NCBI RefSeq assembly: GCF_006345805.1
Contig: NC_043014.1
Span: 3,038,001 to 3,102,000, forward strand
DNA length: 64,000 nt
Source of the DNA: Octopus sinensis
Taxonomy: Eukaryota
Direction of reading: 5' to 3'
The position numbers and the translations under genes were made by a program. Under the pieces are notes generated by a model. It did no database searches. It was not told the DNA's origin and saw nothing but the letters and a program-made list of their open reading frames with translations. Positions 1-12,876 of this stretch are shown in pieces (positions within the stretch are counted from its first letter, which is position 1; each line of letters opens with the position of its first letter).

Positions 1-1142
1 CATGCATGTGTATGTATACAGCGGTTTGGGTGTGGGGAAGTATGCAGTCAAAATTTTACATCAAGGCAGTGAAAAGAGAGAGAGAAAGAGAGAGAATGCT
101 TCATTGATAAATCTTGAGTGGGTGGGTGGGTGGGCGGGTGGGTACTGTTGTATGCACCATGTGATATAAACCATTATACAGCAGTGATATCCTTATGATG
201 TTATCACACCGTGGCACTTTGCGCCATCAGATATCGTCAGAAACATGTGATATATGCCATCTGATACGATAACAGGGCTGCGGTACACCCCGACCGATAC
301 CAACAGAGGGAGCACTGTGCATCTACCCACCGTTCTTACATGGGGGTATCATGCACCCTGGGACATCACTGCAGCCAGCAGCACAGCCGTACACCCACTT
401 CTGATACCATTGCAAGGTGACAGCAGACACCCTTTGAAATCTTTACAAACTGCAGCAATACCATAATATCCTACGATATCATTACTGAGTGGTGAAATAC
501 ACCATGGAATACAAACACTGACACACACATGCAAGAGAACTGCTTGTATTATATACACAAGCCATGCCTGTATGCGCGTGTGTGAGTGTATATACATATA
601 CTCTGTAATACTGTTCACTCAAACTGAAGTACAACACGCACTAAACTCCAAACTCAAGCTCTGGAATATAAGAGTCTGTCTGTGTGTATGCATGTATGGA
701 GGCGATTCTGTATGTATCTTAGCCGGAGAGCTGGATAAACTTCACAAAGCTACTATAGCACATACACACAGCAAACTTGTCTAAAACTCAGCAATATATA
801 CACACATATATATATATATGTGTGTGTGTGTGTGCTGGCTATGTAAGAGAAAGTTACTTTAAAAGAGCTTTAATATTTAAAAAAAATTTTTCCTCTAGGC
901 ACTTTGCTTCAGCCTGGACAACAGAGAAGGAGAGTGGGGAGGGAGGGGAGGGCAAGGAGAGAAGGAGAGAAGACAAGAAGGAAGAGCAGGAATGAAGGAG
1001 AAAAATAAAGCGAAGAAAAATATCTATATCTATACATATACATGTGTATATATTATATATATATATATGCCTACAAGATGAAACGTGTATGTGTGTGTGT
1101 GTACATATATATATACATATATGTATGTGTCTGTATGTGTAC

Positions 1143-1183
<41 letters not shown>

Positions 1184-1394
1184 TACACACGCACACAGAC
1201 AGTAGCAGTAATTATAGTGTTCCCACGTTTTTCTGGAAAAAAAGACAAGAATAACGTAACAGAAATTAATAAAACCTCAAGGTAAATAACATTTATATAT
1301 ATGTGTATATATATATATATATATACACATATATATATATGTATATATATATACACACATATATATATATATGTATGTATACATATATACACAC

Positions 1395-1438
<44 letters not shown>

Positions 1439-2147
1439 GCACACACACACAACATATATATATATATACACACACACATATGTATATATAATATATATAT
1501 ACATATATAAACCTTAAGATGACATACCCATTGATGTATTTAACTAGTTACAGGGCCCAGTAAAGTGGGGAGGAGAGCAAGTGTGTGAGAGGAGGGGTGG
1601 TTTGACTACTATTTTCAGCGTTGAGCCTGCTTCAATGCATCTGTGTATATATATATATATATATACATCTGTTGCATTTGCATGCACATATATTCATTTA
1701 TACATGTGTATATGCATACATAGACAGACAGACAGACCACTGCATGGCTAAACCTAAGACAGGGGGTTGGGGAACACTCTGACCCCAAAAGAAATGTTTG
1801 ACCATTAGCACATCAGAAGTGGGAGCCGAGCCAAGACTAGGGCATATGTGTGTGTGTGTGTGTATGTGTGTTTAGTGAGGGGACATCTACATAGAAGTTA
1901 TGGCGGCGGTGGTATTGGTGGTGGTGGTGGTGGTGGTGGCAGTTAATGTTGAGAAAATATTTTTAAAGAGAAAATATTTTTTAAAAAACATGAAAAAAAA
2001 AAACAAGCGAAAATATAGAAGACAGTGGTCAGTTTTAATCCCCCTCCTCCCCCACATCTTCTCCTTCTGCTCCACTGTCCAGACAGCACGGCAAGGGAGG
2101 GAGATTATTCGGTGGTCAGATCGTGGTGGGAAAAGAATAAGGGATTG

Positions 2148-2179
<32 letters not shown>

Positions 2180-3089
2180 GGTCAAATAGTTTAAGCCTCT
2201 TTTTTTTTAGCCAAAGAGTGAGAAATATGGAAACAGAGATGAACAGTGTCACTAACCTTTGATTTTGCATCTGAGATTTTCAAACATTAAAAGTAATAAA
2301 AAATTATAAAAAAAGCTTGAAATAAGGGATTCTAATTTTGGGCACAAGGCCAGCAATTTTTGTCTGATGTGTGTGTGTGTCTGTGGGGGGGAGCGTCAAG
2401 TCAATGACGCCGACCCCTTCCCAGCGGGGAGTTGGTGGGGGGCTTGACTGACATTACCTATTTTTACCGAAACCCTACCCTACCGTACCCTAACCCTACA
2501 TCACGGAAAGGACGAAAGGCCAAGTTGGTTGTTGGCATAGGCAGGGGATTTCAAATTCAAATTCAGATTATTAAGAGGTGGAACAAATGATGTCGGGGGG
2601 AGGGGGAATTTTTGCTCAACACACTTCACAATTCTGCAAAAGTCCATCGGACCATTTCTACAGTTTTGAACTAATTCCAATTGCCAGGAGCACTAAACAG
2701 ACTTAAAAATTAACATCAACACACACGGACACACTGACACACACATACACAGGATCTGTGCATGTAGCAGAAATAATGACAGCGATAAACAACTGCGATA
2801 CACAACACTGAATAGATATTGATTAATTAACGAGCTAACTTCATTATTATTATTATTATTATTATTATTCATTTATTTATCTATGTATTACTCTACAATG
2901 CTTACAAATACTTTCAGCTTGTAATAAATATGTAATTCGGTGGGGTCGAACGTTCGTTCGGTGGGAAGTAATTAAGAACATTTGAGTTGTTCGTTTGTTT
3001 TGACTTGTCTTGCTTTTGATTAAGATTTTCCTTTGTCTCCCTAATACAGAATATACACACACACACACACACGTGTATATACGCACACA

Positions 3090-3440
3090 TATATACACAT
3101 ATATATTTTTTATTTATATATATATATATATGTGAAATATGTATGTATGTTCAGAACATACACACATGCACACATAAATGTGTATATACACATATATACA
3201 CATATATATTTATATATATATATATATATATGTGAAATATGTATGTATGTTCAAAACACACACAGACATAAATGTGTATATACGCATACATATATACACA
3301 TATATATTTTTATTTATATATATATATATGTGAAATATGTATGTATGTTCAGAACACACACACACATAAATGTGTATATATGCATACATATATACACATA
3401 CATATGTGTGTGTGCATGAAATATGTATGTATGTTCATGT
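3090..3440. repeat. About 100-bp compound (TA/CA)-rich tandem repeat, 3-4 copies
   Basis: GTGAAATATGTATGTATGTTCA recurs at about 3132, 3231 and 3329, with a variant at about 3417. Confidence 0.8.
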
Positions 3441-4796
3441 AGAGATGTTCAGATAGATGTGAGAGAATATCTAACTGGCAAGATATTAGCTAAAATTTAA
3501 AAAAAAAAGAGAAAAGAGAAATGGATATGCTACACACACATACACACACATTTGTAAAGCAAATGCGAAGTATACTGACCCAAAGGTGACCCTCTACAAT
3601 GGACAACGGCCAGCTGATGGCTCGGTTGTTTTTGAACAGGTCCGTCCCAGGCAAAGCAACTCAAGTGGTTGCAGAATAACTAAACGTATCTACATACATA
3701 GAGAGTGTATATATTGATGTGAGTGTATATATATCTAATAACCTTAGCCAGATGAGTAGAGGAGTATATATATATATATATATTTTTTTTTTTTCACTTT
3801 TTACTTGTTTCAGTCATGTGACTGTGGCCATGCTGGAGCACTGCCTTTATATATATATATATATATATATTTGTGTGTGTGTGTGTATAAGACATCAGAT
3901 AAATGCAATTTCTACACCTGAAAAATATAAAGATAACGTGTGCACCACATGCACACACATTCATGCATACTATACATATATACACTTTTCTGTGTGTGTG
4001 TGAGTGTATGTGTGTGAATATATACGTAAGGTTAAAAATGTAAATTTATGAAATTGAAGCTTTTAATAAAAAAAAAAACCATTCACAAGGCCAGAGATAT
4101 TGGTAGAGTAAGTTGGGTGGTCAGACAATTACATTGACCGCAATTTTTCACTGGGACTTTGTCTTATCGACCCCCCCAGAAAGGGGACGAAAGGCAAAGT
4201 TGATCCTGGTGGGATTTGAAACTCAGATCACAAAAGAGCCAGAATGAATACCACAAGGTATTCTATCCGACAGTTTAAAGATTCTGTCAGCTCCCCCCCC
4301 CCCCGGCCCACCCCAAATATAAATAATAATAATAATAATAATAATCTCATCATAATCATCATCATCATTGTTAACTAATTAGGTAATTATTAAATGGCTT
4401 GTTTTTTTCAATTTTAATTAGTAGTTCGTTATAAGAGACTGATAATAAAATACCGGGGAAAAAAAAAAACCGGGGATGTGCATAATTGGTGGGTAAGTCA
4501 CAAGGGTGATAGTAGTGGTAGGGGGTTGGGGGGGGAGTGAACGACAACAATGGTGGTGGGGAGGGGGTGGCAACAGTGGTAATGGAGGAGCCGACGACGG
4601 GGGGGTGGTTGTGAAAGCGGTGGTAACAAACACCCACCCACCCACCTACTGACCTATTCCTTCGCACTTGCCGAATACCAAGGGAGCCTCCCCCCCTTTC
4701 CGGCCCTTCATCCTCGATCCCCTGCTGCACTACCACAGATCCACTCCTCGTGCACCTTTCAAAGGGAGCCATATTTAACACAACACTAATAGTACG

Positions 4797-4829
<33 letters not shown>

Positions 4830-6033
4830 ATAGATATAATAATAATACTAATGATGATAGTAATATTTCTAATGTTGGCACAAGGCCGGCAATTTTGGAG
4901 CAAAGAAAGGAAAAGGGATGGGGGAGGGCATTGATTGAAATTGACCCCTGTATATGACTGGTATTTTCATTTTATTGACCCCAAGAGGAGTGAAAAAAAA
5001 AAAAAAAAAAAAAAATCAACCACGGTGGGATTTGAACTCAGAATGTAAAGAGAGGTAATTCAGCAACGCAACAAGACATCTCTGCGATTTTCACCAAGAT
5101 TCTGCAACGCTACAGTCTGTTGTCAATAACGATTATTTGTCCTTTAGCAGGTGTTGGTTCGGTTGCGTTCGTTTGTTTGTTTTGTAGTAGGAATAAAGCT
5201 GGGAAGGGAGAGAAAGAGTCAACCCCGCTTAACCAACCCACCCACCTCACATTGCAGATTCCTCTTCACCAAGTCCTGCCATCCTCAAAATTCCCCACCC
5301 CCACCGACAAACCTGACCACCAATTTCTCTCACCTCCTGTTTGGCTGGGTTTTTTTTTTTAAGGGGTCGGTAGGTAGATAGGTAAGGTAGGGAAGGAGGG
5401 AAGAAGGGGAAGGTTCATGCTTTATCACACCCCTTAGTCCCCATCCATGCCACTCCATCCCTACCACCCAGCCCTAGGTCAAATTCATTTCCTGCACCCC
5501 CACCTCCCCAACGCACTCCCCTGATTCTCCTTCACCCCTGGGACCTGCCACCTCCCCACAGCAACCACCCACCACTGCCACCGCCGCCGACACCAACTGA
5601 CTGCGAAGGGGGAGAAGGTGAAAGGGGGAGGAGGAGCAGGAGGAGGAGGAGGACAAAAAAAAATAAATAAAATAAAGCAACTCTCCACTCCCAAAATATA
5701 CATATAGTAGTAGTAGTAGTAATAATGATAGTTGTAGTAGTAGTAATAGTAGTAGTAGTAGTAGCTGTAGTAAAACAATCAACACAGACTCCTGCATAGT
5801 TTCTGCTTCTACACTTTGTTTTTGTTTATTTTTGTTGTTTTTTTTATGTGTGTTTGTGTGTGTGTATATATATATCTGTATGTGTGCATGTGTGTGTGTG
5901 TGTGTGTGTTGTTTATGTCTTCTGTATTACAATAATAATAATAATAATAATGTTTGTTGCTGGTGTCGAAAAAAAGGTAAAAAAAAAAACCTTTTTTTTT
6001 GTCTTGTAAAAATTATTATTATTAATAATATTA

Positions 6034-6068
<35 letters not shown>

Positions 6069-6079
6069 ATTATTTGTTA

Positions 6080-6334
6080 TTACTGATTCTGCATCTCAAA
6101 ATATCTATATGTTGGGTTCTCGTAGCCATTCATCTGCATGTTGGCCACATGGCGTTCCTCGGGGGAGGCTGCAGGGTCGACCTCGACAAAGCCGTGCGTG
6201 ACGCGCTGCCTCTGGCTGCGTCTCCTCAGCATCACAACAGCAACCAGAATTATGATGAAGACGGCCACTCCGCCAATGGCAATGCCAACCACGCTGTTGG
6301 CTGGGCTGTTGTTGTACAGATGATCAAGAGAAAC
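6080..6334 (-). CDS. APP: APP-family gene, last coding exon: juxtamembrane region, TM helix and intracellular domain (AICD), with stop codon
   Basis: Translates to VSLDHLYNNSPANSVVGIAIGGVAVFIIILVAVVMLRRRSQRQRVTHGFVEVDPAASPEERHVANMQMNGYENPTYRYFEMQNQ*. Contains hallmark VEVD, PEERH and GYENPTY motifs. Acceptor ttcgttgcag at 6335-6337, phase 0; stop TAA at 6082-6080. Confidence 0.98.
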   Translation of the reverse strand, partial: VSLDHLYNNSPANSVVGIAIGGVAVFIIILVAVVMLRRRSQRQRVTHGFVEVDPAASPEERHVANMQMNGYENPTYRYFEMQNQ

Positions 6335-6605
6335 CTGCAACGAAGAAATAAACAGGAGAAAAGATGAAGGCAGTTATAAAAAAAAGACGAAGTACAAGAG
6401 AAATATCAGACTTACAGAAATGAAGTTTGGGTCAACCCACAAGGTTACTCACCAAAAACTTTAGCAAACCAACACATGTCAAAATCTTAACATTACTAGA
6501 CTTACTACACAGCATTGCCTGGTAAAGTATTCACTGAATTGTTTGCCAGTTTGTAGAATGGGAATTAACGGTACTTATACACGTATATATATATAATAAT
6601 AATAA

Positions 6606-6929
6606 CTAGCACTATGACCAGCTGCGTGCGTGCGCACATACACGCGAGTACTGTCCAAATCTCCGACCAACCACATACAGCTAGCTGGCATTCAATTGGC
6701 GTATCAAGTTTCAGGCATTTTGATTGGGTTTTCGATAGAAAATTCACAAAAAAGTCACTTCTGTTGATTTTTTAATAGCTTTGCTGGGTGACTGAGGAAA
6801 TGTAAAGATGTGCACGACCACCCTTGGATGGCTTTGAATGACCATAGAAAGTGCGAGTCCTCTAACTGAAAAATTGTGGATTTGTATAAAGGACGGACAC
6901 ACAGACATTTTGCCGTTTATATATAGAGA
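6606..6929 (-). mobile_element. Non-autonomous Helitron-like element
   Basis: Minus strand begins A|TCTCTATATATAAACGGC and ends ...GTGCTAG|T: 5' TC, 3' CTAG, A|T target. Confidence 0.65.
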
Positions 6930-7009
6930 TGATAATAATAATAATGAAATTATTGTATGCAGTGCTCAGGTGCACCACAACAAAATAAATGCGCCCTTTT
7001 AAAGTGTAG

Positions 7010-7240
7010 CCAGGCTCATGGGCCCAGTTTCCCGGTTTCTATGGTGTATGTGTCCCCCCCCAGCTGGATGGGATGCCAGTCCATCGCAGCATTACCCATT
7101 TTTGCCAGCTGAGTGGACTGGAGCAATGTGAAATGAAGTGTTTTGCTCAAGAACACAACATGTCGCCCGGTCCAGGAATCGAAACCACAATCTTGCGATC
7201 ATGATGCTGACACCCTAACCACTAAGCCACGTGCCTCCAC
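7010..7240 (-). mobile_element. tRNA-derived SINE family D
   Basis: Minus strand GTGGCTTAGTGGTTAGGG...GGTTTCGATTCC...TTGTGTTCTTGAGCAAAACACTT...GATGGACTGGCATCCCATCCAG. Relatives near 14478-14730 and 32390-32600. Confidence 0.7.
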
Positions 7241-7361
7241 TATTTAACCTAACTTCTGGACTTATTTAATTGGAACTTTTCAGCCCCCCCCCCCACATAT
7301 ACATACACACACACACAAACGTATATACAAAGCATGTATATATCCCCCTATCTGGAACCCC

Positions 7362-7930
7362 TATCTTGCCCAGGATATCAATCTAAAAGAATAGCGACGT
7401 GCAACCAAAAGAATACCCTCCATCAGGCATTTGCCATATTCTGAACGCCTTACTTCCCTGGGCATGGACACATTGAAACTCCGACGTCTGGCAGCTGACT
7501 TGGCAGACACCCATAAAATTATCAACCATTGTACAAACAATAACTCTGAGCACCTTTTCAAACTCCACCCGTCTAACATCCGTGGACATATTTACAAAGT
7601 CAGAAAACAGCACAGCTCCCATGACTTCAGGAAACATTTTTTCACGCTGAGAGTTGCTGAAGCATGGAACAAACTGCCGGCATCAGTTGTTAGTTGTCGG
7701 AGCACTGCATCCTTCAAAACTTCCAAGCTTTCTGAGATTCACCAACACTACACCTGATTTTCTCCCCTCTATACACACACAAGCATGTATCTGACTCATA
7801 CATTGTTCGCTTTCCAGACATTTGTACATTACTGCATATACTTTATATGCACTTTCTGACAAGTTGTGGTGCACCTGAGCACTGTATACAATAATTTCAT
7901 TATTATTATTATTATCATTATTATTATTAT
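7362..7930 (+). mobile_element. 5'-truncated CR1/L2-group LINE 3' end
   Basis: ORF2 C-terminus YSERLTSLGMDTLKLRRLAADL...RGHIYKV...RKHFFTLRVAEAWNKLP, followed by a 3' UTR and (ATT)n tail. A 40-bp inverted copy of its extreme 3' end lies near 6940-6980. Confidence 0.88.
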
Positions 7931-7944
7931 TATATACATATATG

Positions 7945-8275
7945 CTTGGTATCTCGTTGAGAGAGCACATAAATAGCAACATCATCAGAAAGAAGTCCGG
8001 CGTGAGAGATGTCATCGCAGAGTATACTCGCAGCAAGTACAGATGGGCTGGACACGTCGCCCGGCTCACCGATAATCGGTGGACGCACGCAGTTGTCGAG
8101 TGGTACCTGCGTGAGCGGAAAAGACCACCCGGAAGACCTCCACGATGGTGGAGTGATGATTTCAAGAGGACGATTGGGATCGCGTGGATGAGAAAGGCGC
8201 GATCCAGAGAGGAGTGGACAGCGTGCTGTGACCAGCGGTGTCAAATGGACGCCTGACGGACTGGTCGGTCAAAGT
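7945..8275 (+). mobile_element. 5'-truncated RTE-clade LINE 3' end
   Basis: MLGISLREHI...RWAGHVARLTDNRWTHAVVEW...KRPPGRPPRWWSDD, the typical RTE ORF C-terminus. Confidence 0.88.
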
Positions 8276-8329
8276 GATATACACATATATACATAGTTAT
8301 CGATATAGGTGAGGATAAAAAGAACTTAC

Positions 8330-8595
8330 CTGCTCAGCAATGAATGGTTGCTGGCCAGAGTGAGCATGGTACTTGGGACGATTTTGCTGAACGTGTTCAT
8401 GCGCTGGACGTTCAATGTACGTCGGACGTTCGTCTTCTATGGACTCAGAGTCAAAGATGGGAGGCCTCTCCTCCAGCATCTGCTGCTGCTGTGGTGCTTG
8501 TTGTTGTTCTGGTTGTTGTTCCTGTTGTTGTTCTTCTGGCTCATCTGGTTCAGCTTTGGTGGGTTTCACCTTGTCATCGATCTCGGTCACAGCTT
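8330..8595 (-). CDS. APP: APP exon: Gln/Glu/Pro-rich linker between E2 and the juxtamembrane region
   Basis: (E)AVTEIDDKVKPTKAEPDEPEEQQQEQQPEQQQAPQQQQMLEERPPIFDSESIEDERPTYIERPAHEHVQQNRPKYHAHSGQQPFIAEQ. Acceptor CAG 8598-8596 (phase 1), donor GTAAGT 8329-8324 (phase 0); joins both neighbours in frame. Confidence 0.93.
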
Positions 8596-8639
8596 CTGAT
8601 GCAACAAACAATTGAAAAGGCACTTTATTTTATGTGGGA

Positions 8640-9156
8640 CTAGCAGCATAGCCCGGCGTTGCCCGGGTATGTAAGAGCCCCTAGTAGGCAATGACTAATC
8701 CCAATCTAGTCCTTTCCCTCTAATTTCCTGCCAATTTGTGAAAGATATTGTCGAAAATATGTCATCTTGAATTTGAACGCGATTTCCCAAAATGGCATGA
8801 TTTTATCAATTTTTTCTGATGGTAAGGTATTGCATGGAAAACTAACATCAGAATTAAGTTTCTTAGGATAACATTAAGCTTCACCATGAGTTTGGTGAAA
8901 ATCGATTGCAAGTTGCGAAAACTACAACAGAAAATGTGTTGCATATAAAAAGCTTAGATTCTCGACCCCATGTCAAATTTATAGATGTTTTCAGAACTGG
9001 GGGAACTTTTCAAAATTTTCGCTGCGTTAGTTTTGAATTATGACATTGGGCTGTGTGTGTGTCAAGTTTCATCAGAATCGGTTGAAAGCCGTGGTCAGGG
9101 TGAGGGTACAACCTCACAGACACACAGACAGACAAACTGCCGTTTATATAGAGAGA
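8640..9156 (-). mobile_element. Non-autonomous Helitron-like element
   Basis: 5' TC at 9156, 3' CTAG at 8643-8640, subterminal hairpin CCCGG-cgttgc-CCGGG (8652-8667), A|T target. Confidence 0.75.
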
Positions 9157-9331
9157 TAAGGAGGGGGGGGGGACTTGAGAGCAAATAAAAAAAAAAACCC
9201 AAACCCAACACTTTATTCCACATTCCCAGAAATATCAAAACACAATTTTTAGAATAAACTTATTTTCCCCTAAACTGGTGACAGTATTAAATGATACGAC
9301 AGGGGCCAAAGATACTCTTTAGCTCAGTAGT

Positions 9332-9708
9332 ACTCTTTTACTTGTTTTAGTTATTTGACTGCGGCCATGCTGGAGCACTGCCTTTAGTCTAGCAAATCGA
9401 CACCAGGACTGATTCTTTGTAAGCCTAGTACTTATTCTATCGGTCTCTTTTGTCAAACTGCTAAGTTACAGGGACGTAAACACACCAGCATCGGTTGTCA
9501 AGCGATGTTGGTGGGGCATACACAGATACACATATTTAGATATATGATGGGCTTCTTTCAGTTTCCGTCTACCAACTCCACTCACAAGGCTTTGGTCGGC
9601 CCGAGGCTATAGTAGAAGACACTTGCCCAAGGTGCCACGCAGTGGGACTGAACAAGGAACCATGTGGTTGGTAAACAAGCTACTTACCACACAGCCACTC
9701 CTGCGCCT
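9332..9708 (-). mobile_element. tRNA-derived SINE, family A
   Basis: Pol III-like head (TGGCTGTGTGGTAAG A-box, GTTCAGTCCC B-box), central (TG/TA)n, tail ...GACTGAAACAAGTAAAAGAG. Other copies near 10445-10798, 13520-14092, 28935-29280, 34705-35075, 46822-47226, 51433-51830 and 53552-53968. Confidence 0.85.
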
Positions 9709-11964
9709 ACTTAACTTTTTTAATATCTGGGCTAGATTCAAAATGTGGATGTTTTGAGGGGGCCATAACAAAAAAAAAAATATTACATTTAAAGATGAAA
9801 GACTATCAAGGGCTGCTGGAAAGATGTTTGAGGGTCACCAGAGAGGTGCTCGGGGTCTGCAGGAAAGGTGCTTGGGGTCTGCCAGAAAGGTACTTAAGGG
9901 CCACTGGAAAGGTGCTCGAGGGCTGTCAGAAGGGTGCTCAGGAAGCTGCTGGAATGATGCTCAGAGAAGCCCAGGAAAGATGTTCAAGGGCTGCATGTGG
10001 CCCAGGAAACCACAGTTGAGAATAACTGCTTTAGTTCCTGGTTGTGTCTTCAACCACATTTGCAGTTTCAAATTGCCAGACACAACTGATTAAAACACTT
10101 CTAGGCACTTCAGGTATTCATGGGTTCAAATCCTCCCTGACAACTTCAACTGCTAGACTCAATAAAATATACCAGAATTCAAAAATGCTCAAAATCTCCC
10201 TAAAATGGTATCCAGATTTAAGGGGTAGGATAGAGCTTTGAATCTCCAAAGAAAACTTCTCTAGTGACTGGTGATGTTATTATTTTATAATTTTAATTTA
10301 CGTTATCATCGACTTGAACAGAGGTTTGGAATTTGAAGAAGGGCACAAAGAGAAAATTTTTCTAGTGTTTGTTATGTTATCAGTCACCATGGCAACTGTA
10401 ACACTGCTGGGCATCAGTCACCATGGCAACATATAACATTATCTTTTATCTTTTACTTGTTTCAGTCATTTGATTGTGGCCATTCTGAAGCACTGCCTTT
10501 AGTCAAAAAAATTTTTTGTAAGCCTAGAACTTATTTTATCAGTATCTTTTGCTGAACTGCTAAGTTACCGGGACATAAACACACCAACATTGGTTGTCAA
10601 GCGATGTTGAGGGGACAAACACAGACACACAAACATATATATATGATTGGCTTCTTCCAGTTTCCATCGACCAAATCCACTCACAAGGCTTTAGTTGGCC
10701 CGATGCTATAGAAAAAGGCACTTGCCCACGGTGCCACACAGTGGGACTGAACCTGGAACCATGTGGTTGGTAAGCAAGCAAGCTACTTACCACACAGCCG
10801 TTAATATGGCAACAATGACATCATCAACAACCGTGACAATAGTGACACCCATTCAGCCTCAGTTGCCATGCAAACCACAATACCATCTGAGCTCAATTAC
10901 CATAGCAACCAGAACATTATCTGGCCTCGTCTATCACAGCAACCACAACACCATGAAGCTTCACTTGTCTCACAGCCCAAAACTTACCATCATCATCATC
11001 GTCGTCATCACCATCGGAATAATCGTCAGATTTCTCATTTTCAGCAGGGGTCTCTTCTGGGGCAGGATCTTCATGAAGAAGGTACTTCATGGAGTTAGCA
11101 TTGATTCCTTGGAATTTAGCCAAAAATTTTTCTGCAAAAGTCAAAGAGGACAAAAGAATTGAAAAGAGGGAAGAAAACAAAAACGGTTGGTTGCAGACAT
11201 CTGAACAGAATTCCGGCCCTAAATCTCTCTCTCCATATATAAAGCTGAAGTCGTCTGTGTGTGGCAGGTTTGGTAGCCTTCAACTAGCACTATCTCCTCC
11301 GAGACCCTGCAGCGCAAGTTGACCAAAATTGAGAGTATGATAGAAGAAGGCTTGCTCTTCCTTCCATAGAAGAAAAAATTCTAATCAGACCATGTTAACA
11401 CCAAAAATTATTTACATCAAAAAGGTGCTTTTTTTTTTTTATGAAAATCCCTATTTTTTACGATTTTTTGACAGCTGTGTCGCCATTTTTCTAGTTGATT
11501 ACATCAACCCCAGTGTTTCATTGGTACTTGATTTATCAACCCTGAAAGGATGAAGGGCAAAGTCAACCTCGACAGAATTTGAACTCAGAACTTGAAGGAC
11601 AAAATACCACTAAACATTTTGCCTGGCATGCTAAAGATTTTACCAATTCACCACTGTAATAATAATGATAATAATAATTAGTTTTAATTTTGGCACAAGG
11701 CAAGAAATTTTGTGGGGAGAAGGATAAATGATTATATCAACCCCAATTTTCTACTGGTACTCGTTTTATCAACACCCCAAAAAAGATGAAAGGCAGAGTT
11801 AACCTCTGCGCAATTTGAGCTCAAAAAATGTAATAGGAAACACGACCAAACATTTTGTCTGAAGTTCAACAAAGCCAATCTTTGTTTTTCTTTGTTTTAT
11901 TACATATTGTATTGCACTCTTCTTCTTCTTCTTCTTGTATAATGATGATAATAAAAAAAAATAT

Positions 11965-12390
11965 CATCATCATCATCGTTTAACGTCCATTCTCCATGCT
12001 AGCATGGGTTGGACGGTTCAACCGGGGATCTGGGAAGCCAGAAGGCTGCACCAGGCTCCAGTCTGATCTGGCAGTGTTTCTACAGCTGGATGCCCTTCCT
12101 AACGCCAACCACTCCGTGAGTGTAGTGGGTGCTTTTTATGTGCCACCTGCACAGGTGCCAGGCGAGGCTGGCAACGGCCACGGTCGGATTGGTGCATTTT
12201 ACGTGCCACCGGCACGGAAGCCAGTCGAGGCGGCACTGGCATCGGACACAATTCGGATGGTGCTTTTTACGTGCCACAGGCACGGAAGCCAGTCGAGGCA
12301 GCACTGGCATTGGCCACGATTCGGATGGTGCTTTTTACGTGCCACCGGCACGGAAGCCAGTCGAGGCGGCACTGGCATCAGCCACGATTC
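11965..12390 (-). mobile_element. SINE-like retroposon family B with (GAT)n tail and internal ~60-bp tandem repeats
   Basis: Ends ...GGACGTTAAACGATGATGATG and contains GGATGCCCTTCCTAACGCCAACC. The unit GGTGCTTTTTACGTGCCACCGGCACGGAAGCCAGTCGAGG... repeats about 4 times. Other copies near 16705, 21735-21905, 25520-25950, 28095, 37050, 42875-43285, 55300-55590 and 61930-62172. Confidence 0.8.
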
Positions 12391-12439
12391 AAAAAAATAT
12401 ACGATGTTAAAACCTGTCTTACCAGGACGGGAAACTTAC

Positions 12440-12668
12440 CAACTTTGGGTCGTACATCTCTGTCGACAGCGGAGTTTCTCTTGAGCCAATCAAGCATACG
12501 ACGGATTCGCTCATCAATGAGGTTCAAGTGTTCAATGACACGTTCTCGGATGTTGCTTGCCTCCTTTGGATCAGTGTCATGCAAGTGTTGGTAGTGTTTG
12601 ATGGCATGGGTGCGGTCCTTCTGTTCCACTCTGATGTAGGCAATGGCAGTCTTCTCAATCCTGTGGAC
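12440..12668 (-). CDS. APP: APP exon: C-terminal half of E2 domain
   Basis: VHRIEKTAIAYIRVEQKDRTHAIKHYQHLHDTDPKEASNIRERVIEHLNLIDERIRRMLDWLKRNSAVDRDVRPKV. Matches the APP E2 motif EQKDRxHxxxHxxH...DP. 229 nt; acceptor CAG 12671-12669, donor GTAAGT 12439-12434. Confidence 0.97.
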
Positions 12669-12876
12669 CTGTTGTTTTGGAAGGTAAGAGAAGGATTAAG
12701 GGATAACTGCTGAGGGATTGAGGACGATGACGGAGGGACTAAGGACAACGACGAAGCGACTGAGATTGACGACAGAGGCAATGAGGACGACGGCATTATA
12801 TTGATGGAGTAAAAGATATGACAGATGGGTGGATTAAGGGAGATGATAAATGGATGAAAGAGAAAGACATGGATTG

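Noticed and set aside
1030-1510. Many 60-200 aa ORFs rich in IY/YI/CV/HT/RE/LS (also 17236-17809, 41428-41849, 44266-44773, 56008-56658, 59949-60591)
   Set aside because: Translations of (TA)n, (CA)n and (GA)n microsatellites, with no coding signature.
800-6079. APP 3' UTR extent and poly(A) site
   Set aside because: Several AATAAA matches occur on the minus strand (e.g. about 5830-5825) in AT-rich simple repeats; the true end cannot be chosen from sequence alone.
11965-12390. Regular ~60-bp repeats that superficially resemble a CRISPR array
   Set aside because: Units are contiguous tandem repeats without unique spacers, sit inside a eukaryotic retroposon and recur in other copies.
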